32,000 bases of DNA from Candidatus Hadarchaeales archaeon (lineage in GTDB: Archaea; Hadarchaeota; Hadarchaeia; Hadarchaeales; Hadarchaeaceae): positions 218,630 to 250,629 of the forward strand of contig JAWBCC010000002.1 in the NCBI GenBank assembly GCA_038823825.1. The letters run 5' to 3'. Numbering within the stretch: the stretch's first letter is position 1; every line of letters begins with the position of its first letter. This document shows positions 7,652-15,971 of this stretch, piece by piece. The notes under the pieces were generated by a model. That model was not told the DNA's origin. It did no database searches and saw only the letters and a program-made list of their open reading frames with translations. The position numbers and the translations under genes were made by a program.

Positions 7652-7658
7652 TTTAAAA
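7652..7658 (-). promoter_or_regulatory. Putative TATA box for tRNA-Trp
   Basis: TTTTAAA on the minus strand, centred about 32 nt upstream of the mature 5' end (7623). An A5 run at 7459-7463 (T5 on the minus strand), 30 nt past the 3' end, could terminate the transcript. Confidence 0.35.
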
Positions 7659-7660
7659 CT

Positions 7661-8824
7661 TTAAAGAGATGGTCCAAGCCAGAACAGAAATCCGAACAGG
7701 ATAAAGAGGACGGAAATTCCCAGAATTCTGAGTATGAGCGGTGGCTTCGGCACTGTTGGCACAAACAAATCTTCATCCGGTTCTCTTTCCTCTTCTGCCA
7801 CCGCCGCCACACCAGCCGTTGCAGGAGTCGCAACTTCACCGGCAGCTGCTCTTCCCCTCAGCCAGAGATAAACAATCCCTATTATCGACCACGGAACGCA
7901 AATAATGAGCAAAAGGTAAATCGGCAGTCCGAGCCTTAATATCGCAGGTACGGCATACGAAGAACTCACCAAAGCATTGTATTTGTTGAGATTCCAGAGG
8001 ATTATCGCCATACAAGAGTAAACTATGAGAGAATTCCAGAACGGATCGGAAGCAGAAACCAACTGAAGACCACCCAATCTCTTTTTCGTAAATGGCCAGA
8101 AGAGATTCCCACCCATATGGCCATAAGAATCAAAGATGATATGCCCAAGCCAACCCAAGAATGCGACGAGCCATGCTATCCAGTTTCTCAAAATAGCTCC
8201 GACCACAGCGGAAAGCAAAAGTCCGAGCGTTATGCTGTGACCGGCCCGTCTGTGGAAGGGAATGAAGATTATTTCGACGGATCCGTCCTCCCGCTTGAGA
8301 AATCCGAAAGAAGGTCCTCCAAAACCTTTTATCTCCGTCGGCTTTCCGTACGTTTCGATGATGTTTGGCTTGAATTTCGCGGAAGCGTAGGCCTTCTCCT
8401 CCGGAGGTTCTGTTCCGGGAATGGGAACGCCCGACGTTGTCACATGCGGTCCAACCCTAACCTCAACTTTCTTCTCCTTGGCGTTGAAGAAAACAGAGTA
8501 CTGTCTCCAGAGATCTGGTCCAAGTCTGATCGTGTGAAGTTTTATTTTATACATTTTGCCAGGTTTCATTTCCGCAGCCTTGTTTATCCCCTCCGCAACC
8601 TTTTCCGCGATTTCTTTCGGGTCGATCTTATCCGGATGAGGATCTATCACCGTGTCGTGTTCCTCCATGTAAATGAGAAATTTGAAATCGATCGTATCCG
8701 GGAGAAGTCCAAATATCCCACCAAGCAAAATTATGAGGGAGTCCTCAGCAGCTGCTCCGAAAACTAGACTCTTGAAGAACGTGGCGATCGTAAGTCCAAC
8801 TATGAAGTGGGTTAAGCCGCGCAT
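7661..8824 (-). CDS. Membrane-bound metal-dependent hydrolase, DUF457/YdjM family, with a soluble insertion of about 130 aa
   Basis: The motifs MRGLTHFIVG, LLPDTIDF, HRRAGHSITLG and GHIIFDSYGHMGG match the His/Asp pattern of DUF457. Multiple TM helices. ATG 8824 is preceded by a GGGGGAT SD (ORF-track TTG 8839 is the alternative). It lies 1 nt after the upstream stop. Confidence 0.6.
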   Translation of the reverse strand: MRGLTHFIVGLTIATFFKSLVFGAAAEDSLIILLGGIFGLLPDTIDFKFLIYMEEHDTVIDPHPDKIDPKEIAEKVAEGINKAAEMKPGKMYKIKLHTIRLGPDLWRQYSVFFNAKEKKVEVRVGPHVTTSGVPIPGTEPPEEKAYASAKFKPNIIETYGKPTEIKGFGGPSFGFLKREDGSVEIIFIPFHRRAGHSITLGLLLSAVVGAILRNWIAWLVAFLGWLGHIIFDSYGHMGGNLFWPFTKKRLGGLQLVSASDPFWNSLIVYSCMAIILWNLNKYNALVSSSYAVPAILRLGLPIYLLLIICVPWSIIGIVYLWLRGRAAAGEVATPATAGVAAVAEEEREPDEDLFVPTVPKPPLILRILGISVLFILFGFLFWLGPSL

Positions 8825-8825
8825 C

Positions 8826-10145
8826 TCAGTATCCCCCAAGCCAGCACGCTATCTGCTCACCCAAGCCAGCCATGTTGAGGAAAATCGGGAAGAAGAAACC
8901 CAAAACCAAGTTCAACCTTCTGGTTCTAAACATCGGCGGAATAAGCCCAAGTCCAGTTGTGATCACCAAAAGTAAAAGACCTGTGGCTCCAGCGAAAATG
9001 AAAACTATCGCAAGGATTATCATCATAGCCACAATCGAAATCTTCCTGTAGCTTATTCTTGTGACCATTTTTGAGAAGACAAACCGCGAAAGCAAGACGA
9101 GCAGAATGAATGCGAAGAGGGTGGTGAACGCAATTGTTGCAACGAGAAGCCAGAAATCCGAAGATGATCTTGGCTGATAGACCATGCTTGTGACCCACGC
9201 CATCCCTCCGCGTGTGAGGTGGAGGAGCGGAACCCAAAAGAGGAAGAACGCACCGACGTAGTATGCGAATCTTCCAGCAGATCCGGAAACCATAAACGAA
9301 GTGTCCCCCCTTGTTGACGTAGCATGCCCGGCTAACACTCCCCCAACCCCAGCCGTTATCACGGGCTGGAAGGCTGCGAAGGTTCCGCCGAGAAAACCGG
9401 CCATTGTCCCATGCGCAACTTCCTGCCATCCCGCGTATATCCCAGTCGATTTTGACTGCTCAGGCACCTTGGGATTCGAGAAGATGTTCATGAGAACCCA
9501 TGGCATTGCGAAAAATCCGACGAAAACCGGGAGGATGTTCTGGAAGGCTCTGTCAGGGGGCATCACCGGCGTGTTGAGAACGATGAAGCCCAATATCATC
9601 GAGAGGAAAAAGACAAATATCCCGGCAACGAGGCTAGACCAACCATCGGCTAATCTCCCGAGCCTCGTCTTTTTTCTGCTCCCCCAATCTTTTGGCCATT
9701 CAGACATCAAAAGATAAACCACAACCCCAATGAGTATCCACGCGAAGTGTGGTGTGGTTAACCTACGGAAGACTTGGAATAAATATGGTGCGGCTGGCGA
9801 GATGGCAACGAGAAGGATTGCTGCCCCAATTGCACCAAGCCCAGAAAGAAGGCAAGCTTCCTCTCCCCTACCGTATAGCAAATATTTCTGGTTCGGGAAA
9901 ACCATATAGAAGGTACTGTCGTCTGGCGAACCCATGTATGTTGTTGTTATTATGCCTACAACCGAGTAGGCTACCAGCATTCCTATGAGAAAGAGCGAAA
10001 AAGCTAGAGGATTGAAAGGATACGCAATGTAGATGACGACGGCTAGTCCAGCAAAATTCAATGGATGCAGTCCCGGCAGGATGGACAAACAGCTCCCGGC
10101 GAGAACACCAAGCATACCCCAAAGGAGATAGGCTAAGCTTTCCAT
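8826..10145 (-). CDS. Polytopic membrane protein, DUF112/TctA-like permease (tentative)
   Basis: 439 aa and about 10-12 TM helices. Internally repeated G-rich motifs (GMLGVLAGSCLSILPGLHPLN; GTMAGFLGGTFAAFQPVITAGVGGVLAGH) and a C-terminal GLIPPMFRTRRLNLVLG, recalled as COG1784/DUF112-like. GGAGGGTG SD upstream of ATG 10145. Confidence 0.45.
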   Translation of the reverse strand: MESLAYLLWGMLGVLAGSCLSILPGLHPLNFAGLAVVIYIAYPFNPLAFSLFLIGMLVAYSVVGIITTTYMGSPDDSTFYMVFPNQKYLLYGRGEEACLLSGLGAIGAAILLVAISPAAPYLFQVFRRLTTPHFAWILIGVVVYLLMSEWPKDWGSRKKTRLGRLADGWSSLVAGIFVFFLSMILGFIVLNTPVMPPDRAFQNILPVFVGFFAMPWVLMNIFSNPKVPEQSKSTGIYAGWQEVAHGTMAGFLGGTFAAFQPVITAGVGGVLAGHATSTRGDTSFMVSGSAGRFAYYVGAFFLFWVPLLHLTRGGMAWVTSMVYQPRSSSDFWLLVATIAFTTLFAFILLVLLSRFVFSKMVTRISYRKISIVAMMIILAIVFIFAGATGLLLLVITTGLGLIPPMFRTRRLNLVLGFFFPIFLNMAGLGEQIACWLGGY

Positions 10146-10149
10146 CTTC

Positions 10150-11607
10150 TTACACCCTCCATATGTCTTCTATCGAGCAAACATGGAGCACTTTTTCTCC
10201 CCCAACCACGGATATTTTTCCAACGGTGTTGATGTTCTCTCCAGCTCTGGGTGGATCCGGCAGTCGCTCATAGACGAAGTTTGGAATCAAAACTTTTTGA
10301 ACCAAACCTGATGGAGATTCGACCATGAGAATTCTGTCGGGTGGGAGAAGACCTTTTTCTCTCGTCGAGATCTCGACAATACGACCCGCAACCGTTGCCA
10401 AGATGTCGACCTCAAGAGTCTGGAGATTCTCAGCAATGGGAGGCAGAAATTCACCCTCCAAAACATTAGGAATTTGTGGCCCGACGAAAGTAACCACAAG
10501 CTTACCCTCCCTTTTTTCAACTTTTCCGACGAATTCGATCGAGCTTCCCCTCCTCACAAGCCTCTTCGTTTCAGGAGGAAGAGTCTGAAAGATTTCCTCT
10601 TCTATGTAGGCCTTCGGCATATTTACATTATCCAGCCACAGGATTCTCCTTGTGATCTTTAGACTGGTGGTGGTACCAACAGCCTCAGAGAGTGTTATTT
10701 TTCCAGATGTCTGGATGTAACTTCCGATGAGGTTTTCCGATATCTCAGAGAGTCGGACCAGTTTCGGTTCTTCTTTTCCCAACACTTCGATATCTGAGAA
10801 GAGTCCAACCATGAGCTGAGGTGTCCCCTTGTAGGAAGAAACGCCTCCAGTTATCCTGACTCTATCTAGAACTTCCAGCCCGAGCGGTCGTTTTTCAACA
10901 TAAACTTCGAGACCAAGGGGAACGTAAAGCTGGATTTCAGAGGAACCATCCGAGATGTAATATATGTTTGCAGAGCCGAGAGCCCGCATAGAGGTTACCA
11001 CCCCTTCAATCATCACCCTCTTGTAGAGCAGGGCAACATTTCTCAAGACGTCAGAAGGTGTGGAGACGACGGGTGAAAGGGGCTGGATTTTTATGTCACT
11101 GGCGAGGGAAACAGTCATCATCTTATCCCTCTCGGATAAAACTCGCGTTTGACCGAAAATCTTCACCCTGTCGCCAACACGTGGAATCCTTCTTTCCATG
11201 AGTAACTCTTCGAAAGCCGGAGAGTAAACCCTCACCTCTATGGTGGATATCTCTGGATCGGTCGAGCTAAAGTCTGAGACGGAGAAAGATATGTAGTTTC
11301 TCCCATAGAGAGGCCCGGAGGTTACAGTACCCTCAATCAGGTTGTGAGAATAATCCATCCACGTGTCGATCTGCGAGATGCTTATCGGCTCTTCCCCAGA
11401 TGCCTTGACGTGCATGAGGAAAGCCCCTACACCAAGCACCGCCAAAATCACACATATAACCCACAAATACAGAAGCCGGATTTTTCTAGTTGTATCGGTT
11501 AGGCAGTGTGGGCACGGAACTTTACCTCCTGTTTCCTTTCCGCAGACCGGGCAGATTTCATTTTTCTTCAAGGAATCACCTTTATGTCCTCCCAAGAAGC
11601 TACCCAA
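10150..11607 (-). CDS. Zinc-ribbon / single-TM / four OB-fold-like repeats protein (uncharacterised)
   Basis: CPVC-x10-CPHC, a basic stretch, then the TM helix LLYLWVICVILAVLGVGAFLM. Four units of about 90-100 aa follow. Units 2 and 4 end with OB-fold-type strands (RVRITGGVSSYKGTPQLMVGLFSDIEVL; INTVGKISVVGGEKVLHVCSIEDIWRV). The start is TTG 11607, or TTG 11571 in a TTGA overlap with the upstream stop, preceded by AGGTGA. Confidence 0.6.
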   Translation of the reverse strand: MGSFLGGHKGDSLKKNEICPVCGKETGGKVPCPHCLTDTTRKIRLLYLWVICVILAVLGVGAFLMHVKASGEEPISISQIDTWMDYSHNLIEGTVTSGPLYGRNYISFSVSDFSSTDPEISTIEVRVYSPAFEELLMERRIPRVGDRVKIFGQTRVLSERDKMMTVSLASDIKIQPLSPVVSTPSDVLRNVALLYKRVMIEGVVTSMRALGSANIYYISDGSSEIQLYVPLGLEVYVEKRPLGLEVLDRVRITGGVSSYKGTPQLMVGLFSDIEVLGKEEPKLVRLSEISENLIGSYIQTSGKITLSEAVGTTTSLKITRRILWLDNVNMPKAYIEEEIFQTLPPETKRLVRRGSSIEFVGKVEKREGKLVVTFVGPQIPNVLEGEFLPPIAENLQTLEVDILATVAGRIVEISTREKGLLPPDRILMVESPSGLVQKVLIPNFVYERLPDPPRAGENINTVGKISVVGGEKVLHVCSIEDIWRV

Positions 11608-12455
11608 AGCTGAGGTGTCCCATAGTAGCTTTGAAGAGCCCCGGAAACGGTTATCTTGGCACCAATCGCTGGGTACGCACCCCCAAACCTCTCGAGGAAC
11701 TTGGGGATCATGATGTTCATGGACTCCTGCGTTTCGACCTCATACAGCGTCAGATTTTTTGCAAAGCCGAGGTCGTCTATTGAAATAACTTTTCCTGTGA
11801 CTTCGAGTCTTTCATACTCCGTGAAGTTTTCCGGGAAGTGAACGACATCATGTATCCTGACTTTCCTACCGGCCGGACGTTCTATCTTCAAGAAACCTTC
11901 AGGATATTGAACGATCAGCATCTGGAACTGGTTGGCTTTATCTCCGACGGCTCTGACCCTTAGGCTTCCTCTGACCGTCACGATGTCTCCAACAGCTGGG
12001 AAAGCCGGAATCGGAGAGCCCTTGGCGAGTCGCTCGCTTTCAAGCCTGATGAGGGCCTTCGTGGTTGCGTCGTATGCCCTGATGAAAATGCTCGCCTCCG
12101 AATTTTCCGGATCGACGAGATACATGCCGAGAAAATTCGTATCCTCGTAAAATTTCACGAAAGTGGCTTTTCCCGTTAAGACGGCTTGCCCCATGTTCAT
12201 AAGAGTCGCGTTTTCTTTGAAGAGATCGGATATTGCGATTTGATAAGGCTGTTTTGCGATTATGTGCAATCCTCTGACGTCCGCGCAGAGGAAAAGAACA
12301 CCCAAAACGGCGACCGAGAGCCCACCCCACTTGAGCAACCTGAAGGAAAGCCTTTTTGGAACTTTACTTCCGCAATAGGGACACTTTTCCAGAGTTCCGA
12401 CGTATCTTTTACAATTTGGGCAAAAGACCTCCTCGGAGGGCCCCACCGGTTTCAT
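11568..12455 (-). CDS. Zinc-ribbon / single-TM / two OB-fold-like repeats protein, paralog of 10150-11607
   Basis: CPNC-x10-CPYC, then KRLSFRLLKW plus a TM helix, then two OB-like units. The last ends AKITVSGALQSYYGTPQLWVASWEDIKVIP. ATG 12455 is preferred over ORF-track TTG 12464. Confidence 0.6.
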   Translation of the reverse strand: MKPVGPSEEVFCPNCKRYVGTLEKCPYCGSKVPKRLSFRLLKWGGLSVAVLGVLFLCADVRGLHIIAKQPYQIAISDLFKENATLMNMGQAVLTGKATFVKFYEDTNFLGMYLVDPENSEASIFIRAYDATTKALIRLESERLAKGSPIPAFPAVGDIVTVRGSLRVRAVGDKANQFQMLIVQYPEGFLKIERPAGRKVRIHDVVHFPENFTEYERLEVTGKVISIDDLGFAKNLTLYEVETQESMNIMIPKFLERFGGAYPAIGAKITVSGALQSYYGTPQLWVASWEDIKVIP

Positions 12456-12483
12456 GTAAAGCAAACTCTTTTAGAAGTTCTAA

Positions 12484-12492
12484 CAATAAAAA
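12484..12492 (-). promoter_or_regulatory. Putative TATA box for the four-gene membrane operon
   Basis: TTTTTATTG on the minus strand, centred about 33 nt upstream of ATG 12455. Confidence 0.3.
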
Positions 12493-12496
12493 TTTT

Positions 12497-13090
12497 TTGA
12501 TTTTTGTGCGGGTTGGGGGAATAGACCTCTCGGGAAGTGAGAAGAGACCGACAGGACTGGCATTCCTTGAGGGTAAAAGATGTTTAACGGCAACGGTTTT
12601 CACGGACGATGAGATTCTCGAGCAGTGCTCAAGGCGAAAGGTTTCTCTCATCGCCATAGATGCACCTCTCAACTTTCCCAAGGAAGGCAATCTCAGGCTT
12701 TGCGATCGCATTTTGATCTCGCGAGGTCTACGCGTCTTTCCGCCGACTTTCGGTGGAATGCGTAAGCTGACCGAAAGGGGCATAAGGATTTCCTCCCTCC
12801 TTCGTTCCTCGGGCTTTAACGTCATCGAGGTTCATCCGAGAACTTCCGGGATCGTGATTTTCGGCACTCCGGATAGAGAAAAATGGTTGATGAGACTCAA
12901 AAAAGCTGGTTTCAAAATCTCACCGAGTTCTGATCACGAGATCGATGCTATACTTTCCGCTCTCACAGCTTACCTCCACTTCAGAGGTTTCACAGAGACC
13001 GTCAGCGGTGATGGGGCTATTGTTGTTCCTGGAGAAGCTTCTCAACGAATTTTGCTCCGGACGAGATGCTACTCACGGAAACGCCAGTGA
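12497..13090 (+). CDS. DUF429-family protein (RNase-H-like fold, predicted nuclease)
   Basis: LIFVRVGGIDLSGSEKRPTGLAFL...LIAIDAPLNFPKEG...RLCDR is typical of DUF429. The start is moved to TTG 12497 (or GTG 12506) because the ORF-track N-terminus (12356-12496) is antisense to the neighbouring gene. Confidence 0.55.
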   Translation: MIFVRVGGIDLSGSEKRPTGLAFLEGKRCLTATVFTDDEILEQCSRRKVSLIAIDAPLNFPKEGNLRLCDRILISRGLRVFPPTFGGMRKLTERGIRISSLLRSSGFNVIEVHPRTSGIVIFGTPDREKWLMRLKKAGFKISPSSDHEIDAILSALTAYLHFRGFTETVSGDGAIVVPGEASQRILLRTRCYSRKRQ

Positions 13091-13883
13091 TTCTGGATAT
13101 CCTGCGGATGCTCATTTTTTCTCCAGAAATCTTTGCAGCGAGATATATGATGGCAGCCGAAAGATTGGCCGGCGGTCTGGCTCTTGCCCTAGGTCCAGAT
13201 TTCTTGAAAAGTTTCATAGCAATTTCGCTCGTGCTGCCGGAAGCATTCAGTTGTGTGAGAAATCTCCCTAAATAATCTTCTACTCCGACTCCGTCTTCTA
13301 TTTTCATTTCCTTCTTGAAAGCGAAGAGAAACTTGCGGAAGATCTTCTGCACGAGTTTCTTCTCGAACGGGTGCCTCTGGGCAGCAATCTTGAAAATTTC
13401 CTTTTCACTTCTAGGAATCTTTAGCCGCCTGCAGGCGAGGAGAACGACAACCGGAACAACGATTCTGAGATCTCTCCCCTTTGTCAGTTTCATGCTCCTC
13501 GCCTTCCTGTAGATCACACATGCCTCAACCTTCACGCTTCTTGGAAGAGAGAGGCTTCTGCAGAGATTGTCGATTTCGATCAGGGCATCCCTCTCCCCAC
13601 GCTCTTTCCAGTTGGAAACTTTAGAAATCCGGTGTAGATATTTGAGTCTTCGCATCTGCGAGCGGAAGGCCGGAGAAGGATTATCGGTTTTTCCAATCTC
13701 GCTCCCGATTCCCAAGTCATGTCTAGTCTGATCTACCCATGTGATGTTCTCCTCTTCCCACCTTTTTCCAGAACCTTCAGCCGGCATCCTGTCGTATATC
13801 ACCAACCCGCAGGAAGTACAGATGAGCTCTCCACGTTCTCTATCATAAAAGATTCCTGCACTTCCGCACGACGGACATATCAA
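13017..13883 (-). CDS. tfb: Transcription initiation factor IIB (TFB) paralog, divergent
   Basis: 288 aa. N-terminal zinc ribbon CPSC-x15-CTSC, HDLGIGSEIG (cf. HDKGLST.IG), and two cyclin-like repeats (LSLPRSVKVEACVIYRKA; LSAAIIYLAAKISGEKMSIRRISRITGVS). TTG start at 13883 preceded by a GGTGAT SD, 9 nt after the upstream stop. Confidence 0.8.
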   Translation of the reverse strand: MICPSCGSAGIFYDRERGELICTSCGLVIYDRMPAEGSGKRWEEENITWVDQTRHDLGIGSEIGKTDNPSPAFRSQMRRLKYLHRISKVSNWKERGERDALIEIDNLCRSLSLPRSVKVEACVIYRKARSMKLTKGRDLRIVVPVVVLLACRRLKIPRSEKEIFKIAAQRHPFEKKLVQKIFRKFLFAFKKEMKIEDGVGVEDYLGRFLTQLNASGSTSEIAMKLFKKSGPRARARPPANLSAAIIYLAAKISGEKMSIRRISRITGVSVSSISSGAKFVEKLLQEQQ

Positions 13884-13892
13884 ACAATCACC

Positions 13893-15038
13893 CTAGTGGG
13901 TCAAAATTGAAGATATCTCGCTATTGGATAGGATATTCGTCAGCGGGACATGTGGAGTTTCGGCCAGCAGGATCTTGACGAAATCTCTAAGAGTGTCCTC
14001 ATTCTTGCAAACAATCTCCAAGAATCTGGAAACCTTTTTATCCTGCATGGTTCCGAGCCCCCTCCACAACTTGGAGTATTTCTGTATCTCTTCACCGAGT
14101 GTTTTTCTCCACTTCGCGTCATATTCTGAAAGAGCTTCTGAGTCCCCCGCAGCCGCCAGACTGGCAGCATCGCCAGCCAATCTCCCACATTCGATTTCAT
14201 ACCTTAGGATGTTCACCGCAAGCGGTGGGATTTGTCCTGCAGACTTGCCCGCCGCCAAAATGCCTTTTTCCCAAAGCTTCGTGAGCGGCCCAGACATGGG
14301 TTGAGAGGTTTTAACGCTAACGATCGGCGATGCCCCTTTCAGACAGGGATGTGCAACTCTTCCGATGAATTCATCCAGCGCTGTTCCGGGATGTATTCTC
14401 AGGCCGAGCACACCGGTGGATGCTAAGCCCTCTTCAACGGGGAAAATCCAGCCGAATCCTCCCGGAGCAGAATATGAGGATAAATGAATCTCAGCTTTTT
14501 CGCAGTTAGCGTTGGCCATTAAGTATTCGCAGCGAAAAGCTAGGTTCTCGCCTGACCATTCGTGACTAGCAAATTTCTTCATAAAAAGACCAGACCAATC
14601 TCCCGAAGATCCTGAGGCATCTATCACTACTTTTGATTTGATTTCCTCGACCCATCCGCCGCCAGCCGCTTTCACGCCGATAACCCTGCCAAAATCGACT
14701 AGCAGATCTTTGACCGGAGCGCTTGTCCAGATTTCTACCCCGGCTTTTGTTGCCTCAACTGCCATACTACGAAGGAGTTTGGAATAATCGAGAACAGAAA
14801 ATTTCCCCTCAATTTCAATATTTTTCGAGCTACAAATGATTTTAAGATTTCTCGTCTTGCTGGTGACTGATTGTTTGAATTCCTTTGGGACTTTCTCGCA
14901 GAGCACATGGTGCGATTGCCAGCCAATCGCAGCTCGCATCTCGAGAAGAAGAACTCTTTGGTTATGCTCAGCAGCTGTCTTGGCTGCCGAAAGTCCAGTT
15001 GCTCCTCCACCTATAACGACTATATCGTATTCTAACAT
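13893..15038 (-). CDS. FAD-dependent oxidoreductase, geranylgeranyl reductase family
   Basis: 381 aa. YDIVVIGGGATGLSAAKTAAE (GxGxxG) and SAPGGFGWIFPVEEG (the GGxGWxFP block of the GGR family). Confidence 0.75.
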   Translation of the reverse strand: MLEYDIVVIGGGATGLSAAKTAAEHNQRVLLLEMRAAIGWQSHHVLCEKVPKEFKQSVTSKTRNLKIICSSKNIEIEGKFSVLDYSKLLRSMAVEATKAGVEIWTSAPVKDLLVDFGRVIGVKAAGGGWVEEIKSKVVIDASGSSGDWSGLFMKKFASHEWSGENLAFRCEYLMANANCEKAEIHLSSYSAPGGFGWIFPVEEGLASTGVLGLRIHPGTALDEFIGRVAHPCLKGASPIVSVKTSQPMSGPLTKLWEKGILAAGKSAGQIPPLAVNILRYEIECGRLAGDAASLAAAGDSEALSEYDAKWRKTLGEEIQKYSKLWRGLGTMQDKKVSRFLEIVCKNEDTLRDFVKILLAETPHVPLTNILSNSEISSILTH

Positions 15039-15066
15039 TGCTCTCCTCAGACTTGTTCTGAGGAGG

Positions 15067-15074
15067 TTTAAAAA
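15067..15074 (-). promoter_or_regulatory. Putative TATA box for the GGR-family/TFB pair
   Basis: TTTTTAAA on the minus strand, centred about 32 nt upstream of ATG 15038. A 7-bp hairpin (CCTCAGA-CTTGT-TCTGAGG, 15045-15063) lies between it and the start codon. Confidence 0.35.
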
Positions 15075-15082
15075 GCCGAACT

Positions 15083-15865
15083 CTAAGCCTGCGCAGGTTT
15101 TTTCTTCCTAAGCAGAGCTGCGGCAACAGCGATACAGATGATTATTACAGCAACTCCGGCGATTATTGGCAGATTTGACATGGGAGCCGCCGCAACCGTT
15201 GGCCAGTCGGGTATGTCTACCGTAGCGGAGAAGCTACCAGTTGCCGGTGCGGTTGCGCTAACAACTACGGGTGTATCTACATCGATATCGAGCTCGTTGG
15301 TCGTTACGTCGAGCTTTCCTCCACCCTTGAGATAGACAGTATTCCCAACCTGACGTTCGACTTCAGGCCTGTATGTTTTTCCTCCCATCTTGAACTCCAC
15401 GTAGTTGTCCTTTCGCTCGAACGTCATATTCTTCAGACGCAGCCTGACCCGCAAAGTAACGCTCTCCCCTTCCACCGGTGGTCTCATCACGTAATTGTCT
15501 ATTTGTGTGTTCTCGGACAACACTTGGATGACTAGTGCTGTTATGCTTTTTTCATCAGGACTGACCCAAGCCTCCGAGTATTTTGCGCCCTTTGGTGGAT
15601 ATCTTGGCGTCCACCATCCAGTATAAAGATATTCAGTTGATCCAGTTGGCTGCCACCATTCTCCAACGTTGAAGCAGTTTGTTCCGGAATAGAAATACGC
15701 TCTGACTTCCCACGTCCCTCTGTCGAGCGACATTCCAGGAGGCTTACGCAATGTCACGTGCACAGTGTAGGTGCCACCAGCCTTGATCTGGTCGGTTGCA
15801 CTTACTAAGGCAGAGCCCAAGAATAAGAGCAGCAAACTTCCTGCAATGATTCCGGCTTTTTTCAT
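15083..15865 (-). CDS. Secreted protein with a C-terminal TM anchor (hypothetical)
   Basis: From ATG 15865: MKKAGIIAGSLLLLFLGSALVSA signal-like N-terminus. C-terminal LPIIAGVAVIIICIAVAAALLRKKK anchor. No recognisable catalytic motif. The ORF-track start is TTG 15889. Confidence 0.5.
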   Translation of the reverse strand: MKKAGIIAGSLLLLFLGSALVSATDQIKAGGTYTVHVTLRKPPGMSLDRGTWEVRAYFYSGTNCFNVGEWWQPTGSTEYLYTGWWTPRYPPKGAKYSEAWVSPDEKSITALVIQVLSENTQIDNYVMRPPVEGESVTLRVRLRLKNMTFERKDNYVEFKMGGKTYRPEVERQVGNTVYLKGGGKLDVTTNELDIDVDTPVVVSATAPATGSFSATVDIPDWPTVAAAPMSNLPIIAGVAVIIICIAVAAALLRKKKPAQA

Positions 15866-15971
15866 CCAATCCAAATAAAATTTTTGCAACGTTTGAGTAA
15901 TTAAGCCTTATGATGGGAATTTCGGAAATGACTCCAAAAATCCAGTTGGTGGCCAAAATTTTCGTTTATGG

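Noticed and set aside
7284-7656. ORFs 7284-7535 (minus) and 7465-7656 (plus).
   Set aside because: They are read across the tRNA-Trp gene and its intron. The tRNA structure explains the sequence.
8117-8767. 216-aa plus-strand ORF.
   Set aside because: It is antisense to the DUF457 membrane-protein gene, whose motifs and TM pattern are convincing.
12356-12496. N-terminal 47 aa of ORF 12356-13090, and the antisense ORF 12409-12825.
   Set aside because: This stretch overlaps the start of the minus-strand ZnR-OB gene and its promoter. The DUF429 homology begins at LIFVRVGGIDL, so the start was moved to 12497 or 12506.
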